DNA of 44,433 nucleotides from Candidatus Saccharimonadales bacterium (lineage in GTDB: Bacteria; Patescibacteriota; Saccharimonadia; Saccharimonadales; UBA4665), in the NCBI GenBank assembly GCA_038234505.1, contig JBBQTW010000001.1, positions 1 through 44,433 on the forward strand, in the 5' to 3' direction. Under the pieces are notes generated by a model, which did not search any database, was not told the origin of the DNA, and saw only the letters and a list, made by a program, of their open reading frames with translations. Both the position numbers and the translations under genes were made by a program. Shown here one piece after another: positions 17,077 through 24,931 of the stretch (its first letter is position 1; each line of letters begins with the position of its first letter).

Positions 17077-19270
17077 GCTTTTTGAGCAAATCGTGGACGG
17101 CTGTAACGGTGTGAATGCGGTAGCGGGCTTCGGTGCGACCGTGGCCGACCTTGATAGTATATGACTCCGGCGGCAGCATGCTAAACATAAATTCGTCGGT
17201 GTAATCGTCGCCGATAGCTAGGATGTAGTCGGTATGTGGTTTTATCCAGGCTTGGGCCGCGAGGCCTTTGTTGATATTTGACGGACGAACCTCTAGGATT
17301 TTATTGCCTTGATCGATACTGAGGTTGTAGCGGGTGGCGATGGGCTTGAGCAAGCGGCGTAGGGCAACCAAGTACTTCTGGGCGGCGTATGGCTGGGCTT
17401 GGCGGTAGTGCCAGACGAGCGCGGCATCTTTGGTCTCCACCTCGGCACCAGGCGTCCGGGCCGCATAGCGGTCCATCAGTTCCCAGACGGCCATTTTCCA
17501 GTCTTTGCTGTCCTTGGCGCCATAGTGATTACGCCAGGTGCTATGACCGTCCCGCTGCGAAAACGCACCGTGTTCGGCAACGAGTGATACCGGGGTACCG
17601 CCCAGCCACTCTTCGAGCTCGCTGCGCCGCCGGCCGCTTATGACTACAACATCGGCGACTGCACATAATTTTGTTAGCAGGCGCTTGGTATCAGTGGGCG
17701 GTTTGGCGTTGGCTGGGTTCTGGTGGAAGCGCTCGAGCACGCCGTCGTAGTCCAGTAGCACCAGCGGGTGTTTGGCCGCGCTAAAGGGCTTGGAAATACT
17801 ACTGTAGTCTTTGGGTTTGAGCGTTTTGGCACCGGTGGGTTGTAGGCTAATATCTTGCTTCAGCGAGCGGGTAAATTTGCTCACCCAGACGTGAACATCC
17901 GACTCCGCCAGATGTGTCTGCATTTTTTTCATTCGGCGTTTAAGCTCGTCGGGTTTCATATTGAGTGCCTTGTTGAGCCCAGCGACCAGGCTGCCGGGTG
18001 TGTTTGGGTCCACCACTACAGCGTCTTTTAGCTCTTCGGCAGCGCCAGCTGTGCTGCTCAGCACCAGCACGCCACGTTGGTAGGGTTTGCTTGCCAAGTA
18101 TTCCTTGGCAACCAGGTTCATGCCATCGCGTAGCGGGGCGATAAAGGCGACATCGGCCCGACGATACATCGGCATAATCTTGGCAAATGGCAACGTTTGG
18201 TACGAGTAGTCTATGGGTTTCCACAGGGGTGTGCGAAACTCTCGGTTTGTACTACGGATAAGTTTGTCCAGACGATTTTTTAGCTCTGCATACTCTGGTA
18301 CTTCCAGTCTGGATGGCGCGACATGCATGAGCAATATAACCTTGCCGACAAGCTTTGGGTTTTCGCGCAGCAGCGTTCGGTAGGCTTCCACCCGCTCTAC
18401 GAGCCCCTTAGCTGGGTCCAGCCGATCGACGCTCAGAATTACCTTCAACCCACGGTATTTGATACGCAATTTGGCGTACTCGCGCATGACGGCGCTGGAC
18501 TGCCGGGCCTCGACGTATTTTGTGTAATCAATACCCATCGGGAAGTCGGTGACACGGATAGCTCGGTCGGGCAGTATGACTTTTTTGTGTGCCGTGGTGC
18601 CGAGATCGAACGTTTTTACTGTGTCCAAGAAGTTGCGCACATATGATGTCACATGCAGCCCGATCAAGCTGGCACCGAGCATGCCAGCGACAATCGCCTC
18701 GCCAGCTTTGATTTTTTGCATCTGTGCGGCTGCCGGGAAAGGTATGTGTAGAAAAAACCCAACCTTGTTGTACGGCCGTTCTAGCCGCAGTAGAGCTGGC
18801 AATATGAGTAGTTGATAATCATGGACCCAGATAGTATCCTCGACATTGCTCAGCGCAAAAACAGTCTCCGCGAATAGCTCATTTATCCGCTGGTAAGCTT
18901 TCCACCAGGCATCCTCGTGGGCCAATGAGTCGCTGGACACCTCGCTGTCATGGAACAGTGGCCAGAGGATACCATTGCAGTAACCGTTGTAGAACTCGTC
19001 TAGTTGTTTTTTTGTTAGGAAGACAGGGTAGCAATTACTGTTTGCGAGTTCATCGCTAATCTGCCGGCGGTCACGTTCCGTGAGGTCATCGCTCGGTATG
19101 CCCGGCCAGCCGATCCACTTATTTTTCTTATTTTTGGTATAACTTGCCAGACCGGTGGCCAAGCCACCGATACTTTCGAAAAATTCAAGCTTGCCGTCAA
19201 CTTTTTTGACGCTCACTGGTAGTCGGTTGGATACGATAATAAGTCCCGGCTGCATAAGTCTACGGTACAT
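17066..19270 (-). CDS. otsA: Bifunctional trehalose-6-phosphate synthase / trehalose-phosphatase (OtsA-OtsB fusion)
   Basis: GT20 signatures LIIVSNRLPV, GFFLHIPFP, DGMNLVAKEY. C-terminal HAD phosphatase LLDYDGVL ... AIGDDYTDE. The start could instead be Met6. Confidence 0.9.
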   Translation of the reverse strand: MYRRLMQPGLIIVSNRLPVSVKKVDGKLEFFESIGGLATGLASYTKNKKNKWIGWPGIPSDDLTERDRRQISDELANSNCYPVFLTKKQLDEFYNGYCNGILWPLFHDSEVSSDSLAHEDAWWKAYQRINELFAETVFALSNVEDTIWVHDYQLLILPALLRLERPYNKVGFFLHIPFPAAAQMQKIKAGEAIVAGMLGASLIGLHVTSYVRNFLDTVKTFDLGTTAHKKVILPDRAIRVTDFPMGIDYTKYVEARQSSAVMREYAKLRIKYRGLKVILSVDRLDPAKGLVERVEAYRTLLRENPKLVGKVILLMHVAPSRLEVPEYAELKNRLDKLIRSTNREFRTPLWKPIDYSYQTLPFAKIMPMYRRADVAFIAPLRDGMNLVAKEYLASKPYQRGVLVLSSTAGAAEELKDAVVVDPNTPGSLVAGLNKALNMKPDELKRRMKKMQTHLAESDVHVWVSKFTRSLKQDISLQPTGAKTLKPKDYSSISKPFSAAKHPLVLLDYDGVLERFHQNPANAKPPTDTKRLLTKLCAVADVVVISGRRRSELEEWLGGTPVSLVAEHGAFSQRDGHSTWRNHYGAKDSKDWKMAVWELMDRYAARTPGAEVETKDAALVWHYRQAQPYAAQKYLVALRRLLKPIATRYNLSIDQGNKILEVRPSNINKGLAAQAWIKPHTDYILAIGDDYTDEFMFSMLPPESYTIKVGHGRTEARYRIHTVTAVHDLLKKLTK

Positions 19271-19337
19271 TGAACCACGAAACGGTGTAAACAGTTGAGG
19301 AATACTTTACAGAAGTCTTCGGTATACTAGGTACACT

Positions 19338-20258
19338 ATGGTTGTTACTTTGAGTGGAGAAAATGCTTTTGGGCTGCGGGCGCAGCTCGATTTGTTAGTT
19401 GCTGAGTTTTTGGCGGAGCACGATGAGTTTGGTGTGGAGCGGCTGGATGGGGAAGAGGCTAGTTACCAGCGGCTGCAGGAATCGCTGACGAGTCTGCCGT
19501 TTTTGGCCGACCGTAAGCTCGTGGTATTGCGCCGACCAGGCACGAACAAAGAATTTGCCGACCATGCCGAGGAGCTATTGGCTGGCGTGCCAGACAGCAC
19601 CGACGCAGTTATTATCGAGCCCAAGCTCGACAAGCGCCTGGCGTATTACAAGCTGCTAAAAAAACAGACGGACTTCCGTGAATATAAGGAGTTAGACCCA
19701 GGCGGCCTGGCGCGCTGGCTGGTTGCCGAGGCGGGGAAGCTGGGTGTCAAACTTGGCTCGACCGACGCTAATTATTTGGTCGCGCGGGTTGGTGCCCACC
19801 AACAACTTCTGGCTAATGAACTTGAAAAACTGGCGCTGTACGATGCCCACATTACTCACCAAACTATCGAGCTGCTCACCGAGGCGGCGCCGCAGAGTAC
19901 AATTTTTGAACTGTTAGAGGCGGCCTTTGCGGGCAATGCCCAGCGCACTATGCAGCTCTACCAGGAGCAGCGGGTGCTGAAGGTAGAGCCGCCGCAGATA
20001 GTCGCTATGTTGGCGTGGCAACTGCACGTATTGGCGATAATCAAAGCTGCTCGCGAGCGCTCGGCCAACGAAATTGCCGCCGACGCTCGGCTCAGCCCGT
20101 ATGTGGTGAAGCGGAGCCAATCTATTGCCCGCAAACTAACACTCGCCGAGCTAAAAACACTAGTGAGTGATCTGTTGTCTATCGATGTACGCAGCAAAAG
20201 CAGTGCGCTCGATGCCGACGAAGCACTCCAGAACTATTTGCTGAAACTTGCTAACTAA
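19338..20258 (+). CDS. holA: DNA polymerase III delta subunit
   Basis: About 300 aa. Pattern LPFLADRKLVVLR, ELEKLALY and IFELLEAAFAGNAQRTMQLY typical of HolA. Neighbourhood includes rpsT. Confidence 0.75.
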   Translation: MVVTLSGENAFGLRAQLDLLVAEFLAEHDEFGVERLDGEEASYQRLQESLTSLPFLADRKLVVLRRPGTNKEFADHAEELLAGVPDSTDAVIIEPKLDKRLAYYKLLKKQTDFREYKELDPGGLARWLVAEAGKLGVKLGSTDANYLVARVGAHQQLLANELEKLALYDAHITHQTIELLTEAAPQSTIFELLEAAFAGNAQRTMQLYQEQRVLKVEPPQIVAMLAWQLHVLAIIKAARERSANEIAADARLSPYVVKRSQSIARKLTLAELKTLVSDLLSIDVRSKSSALDADEALQNYLLKLAN

Positions 20259-20693
20259 CTACTGTGTAACGGTGATGGTACCGACCATATTCGGGTGGAT
20301 AGAGCAGTGGTATTTGAATGTGCCGGCGGTGCTATAGGTAAAGGTGTATGTCTTGCCGGTGTCGAGGCTGTCGCTGCTGGGGCCGGGCTGGCCATCTGTC
20401 TCGGTGACGGTGTGGGCGGCGCTATCGCTGTTGGTCCAGGTGACAGTTGTGCCGACTTTGACGGTGATGTCTGCCGGACTGAACGCAAAGTCTTTGATAT
20501 CGACTTTGTCCGTGGCCGTCGGGTTGGTAGTTTCGTTGGCAGATGAGTTTGAGTTATTGGAATTCGATGATTTGTTCATGTTCATTGCGGTGTCGCTGGG
20601 TGTACTGTTTGAGTTTTTGTTGGAGAGTAGGATACCGCCGCCGGCCAGGATAAGTACGACTGCGACGATGGTAATAACGACTGATTTATTCAC
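20259..20693 (-). CDS. Membrane-anchored type-1 (blue) copper cupredoxin, amicyanin-like
   Basis: GTG start with GGGAG SD. N-terminal TM helix and an S/N-rich linker. Copper ligands AAH..., YHCSIHPNM (C-x2-H-x2-M). Confidence 0.8.
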   Translation of the reverse strand: MNKSVVITIVAVVLILAGGGILLSNKNSNSTPSDTAMNMNKSSNSNNSNSSANETTNPTATDKVDIKDFAFSPADITVKVGTTVTWTNSDSAAHTVTETDGQPGPSSDSLDTGKTYTFTYSTAGTFKYHCSIHPNMVGTITVTQ

Positions 20694-20726
20694 GACTAAA
20701 CTCCCGAAATTAATGACTATATTTAG

Positions 20727-20743
20727 TATACCCTTCGGGTATA
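20727..20743. promoter_or_regulatory. Perfect palindrome TATACCC-TTC-GGGTATA upstream of the cupredoxin gene
   Basis: 7-bp arms. Lies 34 nt upstream of GTG 20693 and overlaps a candidate TATACT -10 on the minus strand. Confidence 0.5.
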
Positions 20744-20821
20744 GCCTTCGATACTCAGAAAATGACAGTAAGCTTCTATTTTTTTGAGTTTCTAGACCAT
20801 ATCCCTATCGGTTGGCGGTGG

Positions 20822-20852
20822 AAATAAAAACCGCCTCTGAGTGAGGCGGTTT
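20822..20852 (-). terminator. Rho-independent terminator of rpsT
   Basis: The minus strand reads AAACCGCCTC-ACTCA-GAGGCGGTTT followed by TTATTT (10-bp stem), 19 nt after the rpsT stop. Confidence 0.8.
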
Positions 20853-20870
20853 GCGGTACCAGTGTGCTAA

Positions 20871-21227
20871 TTACTTCTTAGCAGCTGGTTTCTTGGCAGG
20901 GGCTTTTTTGGCCACCGGCTTTTTGGCAGCTGGTTTGGCGGCGGACTTAGCTGTGGCTTTTTTGGTGGTTGCAGCAGCTGGCTTGGCGCCGGCAGCTTTG
21001 GCTTTGGCGGCAGCTTGCTTCTTTAGGCGAGCAGCTTTGTTCTTGTGGATTAAGCCCTTTTTGACAGCTTTGTCGATGTTGCTCTGGGCGGTACTGTGGT
21101 TTTTGCCATCTGGCTTGGTAGTGAAGGCCTTGAGCGCGGTCTTGAGTGAGCGCTTGGTCTTACTATTACGAATAGTAGCTTTCTTGGCTACTTTGACGCG
21201 CTTTTTGGCAGATTTGATAATTGGCAT
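20871..21227 (-). CDS. rpsT: 30S ribosomal protein S20 with Lys/Ala/Pro-rich C-terminal tail
   Basis: MPIIKSAKKRVKVAKKATIRNSKTKRSLKTALK... is the canonical S20 N-terminus. The last ~45 aa are AKP-rich low complexity. Confidence 0.9.
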   Translation of the reverse strand: MPIIKSAKKRVKVAKKATIRNSKTKRSLKTALKAFTTKPDGKNHSTAQSNIDKAVKKGLIHKNKAARLKKQAAAKAKAAGAKPAAATTKKATAKSAAKPAAKKPVAKKAPAKKPAAKK

Positions 21228-21267
21228 GAATTTCCTTGGTTACTGTTGATACATTATTCGACAGTCA

Positions 21268-21296
21268 ACTATACCTGACTCCGCCCCTGTTGTCAA
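21268..21296 (-). promoter_or_regulatory. Promoter TTGACA-N17-TATAGT for rpsT
   Basis: The minus strand reads TTGACAACAGGGGCGGAGTCAGGTATAGT. The leader ends in AAGGAAATTC before the ATG. Confidence 0.75.
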
Positions 21297-21326
21297 AGGT
21301 GTTGAGGGGCTTAGCGGCCGTACTCC

Positions 21327-21355
21327 TTGCGAAGAGCTTGTGTTTATGGTACATT
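21327..21355 (+). promoter_or_regulatory. Promoter TTGCGA-N17(TGg)-TACATT for the DHH-like gene
   Basis: Followed by the 24-nt leader TGAGACAAATAATCTCAAACAAAA (no SD) and ATG 21380. Confidence 0.55.
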
Positions 21356-21379
21356 TGAGACAAATAATCTCAAACAAAA

Positions 21380-23362
21380 ATGGACGATCAAAAACAAGAA
21401 CTAGTCAAAAAGCTCGCCGGTGCCAATAACATCTTGGTAACGGTGAGCAGTAATCCGTCGGTGGATCAGTTATCGGCTGCTATCGGCCTAACGTTGCTGC
21501 TGAACAAGATGAAAAAACACGCCACGGCAGTGTTTAGCGGGCAGATTCCGTCGACTATTGAATTTTTGAAACCCGAAGACACTATCGAGCAGACCACCGA
21601 CAGTCTGCGTGATTTTATTATCAGCCTCGACAAGTCTAAGGCCGACAAGCTCCGTTACAAGGTCGAAGACAATGTCGTCAAAATCTTCATCACGCCGTAC
21701 AAAACGTCTATAAACGAAAATGATTTGGATTTTAGCCAAGGCGATTTTAACGTCGATGTCGTCCTGTGCCTCGGTGTCGACAAACAGCAAGATTTAGACC
21801 AGGCCATTACATCGCATGGCCGTATTTTGCACGATGCCACCGTCGCTGTTGTGAGCACGCAGCAATCAGCCGAACTCGGCAGCCTGAACTGGGTCAATGC
21901 GCAGGCCAGTAGCTTATCCGAGCTGGCGGCCGACTTGGCCGGTGCGCTCGACAAGAAAGAAATTGATGGCCAGATTGCGACGGCATTTCTGACAGGCATC
22001 GTGGCCGAAACCGACCGGTTTAGTAACGACAAAACCGCACCATCGACCATGCAACTCAGCGCCGAGCTGATGGCAGCCGGCGCCAACCAACAGCTGGTTG
22101 CCAGCGAGCTGGAGGCTAATCACGACTCACTGCTCACTGGCGTTGCGCCGCACTCCGATGTCTCTGTCGGCAATGACGGCACGCTAGAAATTGGCCATGT
22201 ACCAGACGCAGAGGCTAGCGAGCCACCAGCAAATCCCGTTGAGCAACCGCTGCCAGCCGAAGATCCAGTCGATGATAGCCGACAATTCCTCGCCGGTGAT
22301 GCCGCACCCGAAATGGGCGACGCCAAAGCAGAAGGCGAGTCGGCCGACGAGCAGGCACCAGCATCGCGACTGATATTACAGCCGCCGAGTATGGGCGGTA
22401 CGCTCACGGCCAACAGCGTGCCAGAAGGTTTCGACCCATCTGTTGACCCGCTCACCATGCTAAACCGCGACGATTCGCCATTGCTCAGCCATGGCGGAGG
22501 TGCCACTAGCTCCGGCCCGTCAGCCGCCGATGCGCCGCAACTTGCCGAGGAGCCTACTGTGCCACTCCCGAGTGTCCAGGAGGACGCTGTAAACGAGCCG
22601 ATTATCAACACCCCCGCAGATCCACCCGCCGCGCCATTACCAGACTTACCCGAGCCACCGACAATGCCCGCACCACCACCGAGCACGGTCGATACCAGCC
22701 CCGACCCAGCCGTCATAGCCCCCGCCGAGAGTTCCGCTCCCGCTGCCAGCGATGGTGTGCCAGACTTCGAACCATTACCGAGTGAACCGTTAGCAACCCC
22801 AGCAGCAGCCGTAGCTTCCGCTCCACCGAACTTTGTGCCAAACCCAGCTTTCTCCGCCCCACCGGCGGCCCCACCGACTGCCGATGACCAATCACTGGCC
22901 GATCTAGAAGCTGCTGTCCACAGTCCACATGCCGGCGATCAGCCAGCACAGCCAGCAGCCGATGACAGTCCGACCGAAGATGTCGATGCCGCCCGCGACG
23001 CCGTGATGAACGCCATAAATGCCGCCCCGACGGCAGGGCCGCTGCCACCAACGGCAAGCGTTGGGGCCGAAGGCTACCTAAATGTCCAAGATTTGCCAGA
23101 TAGCACAGTTGTAGCCTCGCCAACAGATATGCCAGTGAACGCCGGCATGCCACCGCTCACGCCAGAACCTACGCCCCTCCTAGACGCCGCACCTGTCTCG
23201 GCCTCGCCCGCCGACACGCCACTCAACATGCCACTGCCACCAAGCGGCTTTAGTATGCCAGCTGCAAACAATCAGCCGCCAACATCCGCGCCCGTAGACG
23301 CCAGCACCGCACCGCCAGTGCCACCACCGCTACCGTTCAATTTCGACAACCCCCAGAAGTAA
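21380..23362 (+). CDS. Degenerate DHH-family (NrnA-like) domain fused to a ~400-aa Pro/Ala-rich low-complexity tail
   Basis: The N-terminal ~250 aa follow the NrnA layout, including TGIVAETDRFSN. The catalytic motifs are replaced (SSNPSVDQLSAA for HxxPDGDxxGS; GVDKQQ for DHH). No DHHA1 GGGH. Sits immediately upstream of truB. Confidence 0.65.
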   Translation: MDDQKQELVKKLAGANNILVTVSSNPSVDQLSAAIGLTLLLNKMKKHATAVFSGQIPSTIEFLKPEDTIEQTTDSLRDFIISLDKSKADKLRYKVEDNVVKIFITPYKTSINENDLDFSQGDFNVDVVLCLGVDKQQDLDQAITSHGRILHDATVAVVSTQQSAELGSLNWVNAQASSLSELAADLAGALDKKEIDGQIATAFLTGIVAETDRFSNDKTAPSTMQLSAELMAAGANQQLVASELEANHDSLLTGVAPHSDVSVGNDGTLEIGHVPDAEASEPPANPVEQPLPAEDPVDDSRQFLAGDAAPEMGDAKAEGESADEQAPASRLILQPPSMGGTLTANSVPEGFDPSVDPLTMLNRDDSPLLSHGGGATSSGPSAADAPQLAEEPTVPLPSVQEDAVNEPIINTPADPPAAPLPDLPEPPTMPAPPPSTVDTSPDPAVIAPAESSAPAASDGVPDFEPLPSEPLATPAAAVASAPPNFVPNPAFSAPPAAPPTADDQSLADLEAAVHSPHAGDQPAQPAADDSPTEDVDAARDAVMNAINAAPTAGPLPPTASVGAEGYLNVQDLPDSTVVASPTDMPVNAGMPPLTPEPTPLLDAAPVSASPADTPLNMPLPPSGFSMPAANNQPPTSAPVDASTAPPVPPPLPFNFDNPQK

Positions 23363-23374
23363 GTACCCCCAGCT

Positions 23375-23383
23375 TGCTACAAT
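23375..23383 (+). promoter_or_regulatory. Extended -10 TGcTACAAT, 6 nt upstream of the truB ATG (leaderless geometry)
   Basis: CTTGCTACAATT, GTCAG, then ATG 23390. Same 12-mer as upstream of mutM. Confidence 0.55.
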
Positions 23384-23389
23384 TGTCAG

Positions 23390-24106
23390 ATGCAAGGCCT
23401 ATTACTCGTCGATAAACCAAAAACTTGGACGTCGTTTGACGTGGTGAATTATGTGCGCAAAATTGTCGCAGCGGCCGAAGGCAAAAAGCCCAAGAACACA
23501 AAAGTCGGCCACACCGGCACCCTGGACCCGCTGGCGACTGGCTTGCTGGTGTTGGTGATAGGCAAGGAATACACCCGCCGGGCGAGCGAATTTAGCAAAC
23601 TCGACAAAACCTACGAAGTCACCATGAAACTTGGGGAGTCCAGCACTACTGCAGATGAAGAAGGCGAAAAAACGCCAGTACCGCATACTGTTCCAACCGA
23701 AAAGGCCGTCCTAGAGGCTCTAGAGAGCCTACAGGGGGCAATTATGCAGGTGCCACCGGCGTACTCGGCCATGAAAATCAACGGTCAGCGGGCCTACAAA
23801 CTCGCCCGCGAGGGCAAACCTGTGGAGCTAGCAACCCGGCCGGTGACAATTCACTCGAATGTCCTGACATCGTATGAGTATCCATTTGTGAAGTTCACGA
23901 GCGCTGTTAGCAGTGGCACCTACATCCGCTCACTCGTTGTAGACCTCGGCGAAATCCTCCAGGCTGGCGCCTACATGTCCGACCTCCGCCGCACCACTGT
24001 CGGTGAGTTTGCTATCTACAAGGCTATACAAGTTGCTGACCTGGCTCAAGAAACACTACATAAACATTTGCTCTCCATGCCAGATAGGGATATAACTGGC
24101 GTATGA
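23390..24106 (+). CDS. truB: tRNA pseudouridine(55) synthase
   Basis: GLLLVDKPKTWTSFDVV and catalytic GHTGTLDPLATGLLVL. Confidence 0.95.
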   Translation: MQGLLLVDKPKTWTSFDVVNYVRKIVAAAEGKKPKNTKVGHTGTLDPLATGLLVLVIGKEYTRRASEFSKLDKTYEVTMKLGESSTTADEEGEKTPVPHTVPTEKAVLEALESLQGAIMQVPPAYSAMKINGQRAYKLAREGKPVELATRPVTIHSNVLTSYEYPFVKFTSAVSSGTYIRSLVVDLGEILQAGAYMSDLRRTTVGEFAIYKAIQVADLAQETLHKHLLSMPDRDITGV

Positions 24107-24894
24107 CCGAGTATCCGGGGCAGGAAGATAAACCCTTAGATGACGCAGAAATTGAGCGTTTATTCACTGAGCAGTCTCAGAGCGAGCAAGCTGAGTTAGA
24201 GGCCCGCATCGCTGTCGAAGAGAGCCAGCGTCAGATTGTTTCGGAGCTAGATGAAGTGGAGGCTCTCCATCTCTGGCACCCGTCTGCAGAACAAAAGCAA
24301 AGAAACATAAGTGATGCTATGGCAGGCCTATTAGACGCGACTCTCGAGGGCATGCCCGAAGGGCTTCCAAGTGCTGTGCGGGTTCAACTGCGTATGCACT
24401 CAGAACTCACCGCTATAGCTTTGCTGAGCATGCATCTGGCCGTAGATTCCTCCGAAGTGAAGCCTATCGATAAGAGTGCTATGGACGAGCAAGCCAAGCG
24501 GACGATTATCGAAATATGGAAATTGGGGCTGGGAGATAGTTGGGCTGAAGCCGCAAGCAGAATCTTGATCGTATCAGTTGATTTAACAGACGAGGCTGAC
24601 CTGCAGTTATACCTAGACGAGAGTTTATCGGAGCGAGACAGTGAAATTTCTACAAAAATGCGTATCGCTAGAGACGTACTTGTAGGTGGCGCCACTGCAC
24701 ATGAACACACAGTAGATGAAATGCTTAGGATTAACGGGCTAGCGGCCCAAGTAGGGTATCTGATAATTAAGGCAAACCGCGCTCCACGGGAGCGGGCGGA
24801 TAGCGAAGGCCAAATATATGAGTTGGCAAGTCAGGGTACGCTGAGTGCGTTGCAACGCGATGAGCTCCTGAAGCTGCTGCCAAGGCCAGAGTAG
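24103..24894 (+). CDS. Hypothetical acidic protein
   Basis: 263-aa ORF. ATGA overlap with the truB stop suggests translational coupling. No motif recognised. Confidence 0.55.
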   Translation: MTEYPGQEDKPLDDAEIERLFTEQSQSEQAELEARIAVEESQRQIVSELDEVEALHLWHPSAEQKQRNISDAMAGLLDATLEGMPEGLPSAVRVQLRMHSELTAIALLSMHLAVDSSEVKPIDKSAMDEQAKRTIIEIWKLGLGDSWAEAASRILIVSVDLTDEADLQLYLDESLSERDSEISTKMRIARDVLVGGATAHEHTVDEMLRINGLAAQVGYLIIKANRAPRERADSEGQIYELASQGTLSALQRDELLKLLPRPE

Positions 24895-24931
24895 AAGCTG
24901 CCAGGGGCTTAGTGTGTTTAAATAGAGCACT

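Noticed and set aside
20851-21249. 132-aa + strand ORF covering rpsT.
   Set aside because: It is the mirror image of the Lys/Ala-rich S20 tail (GCx/AAG repeats read on the opposite strand as Ala/Leu/Phe). S20 on the minus strand has a promoter, an SD and a terminator.
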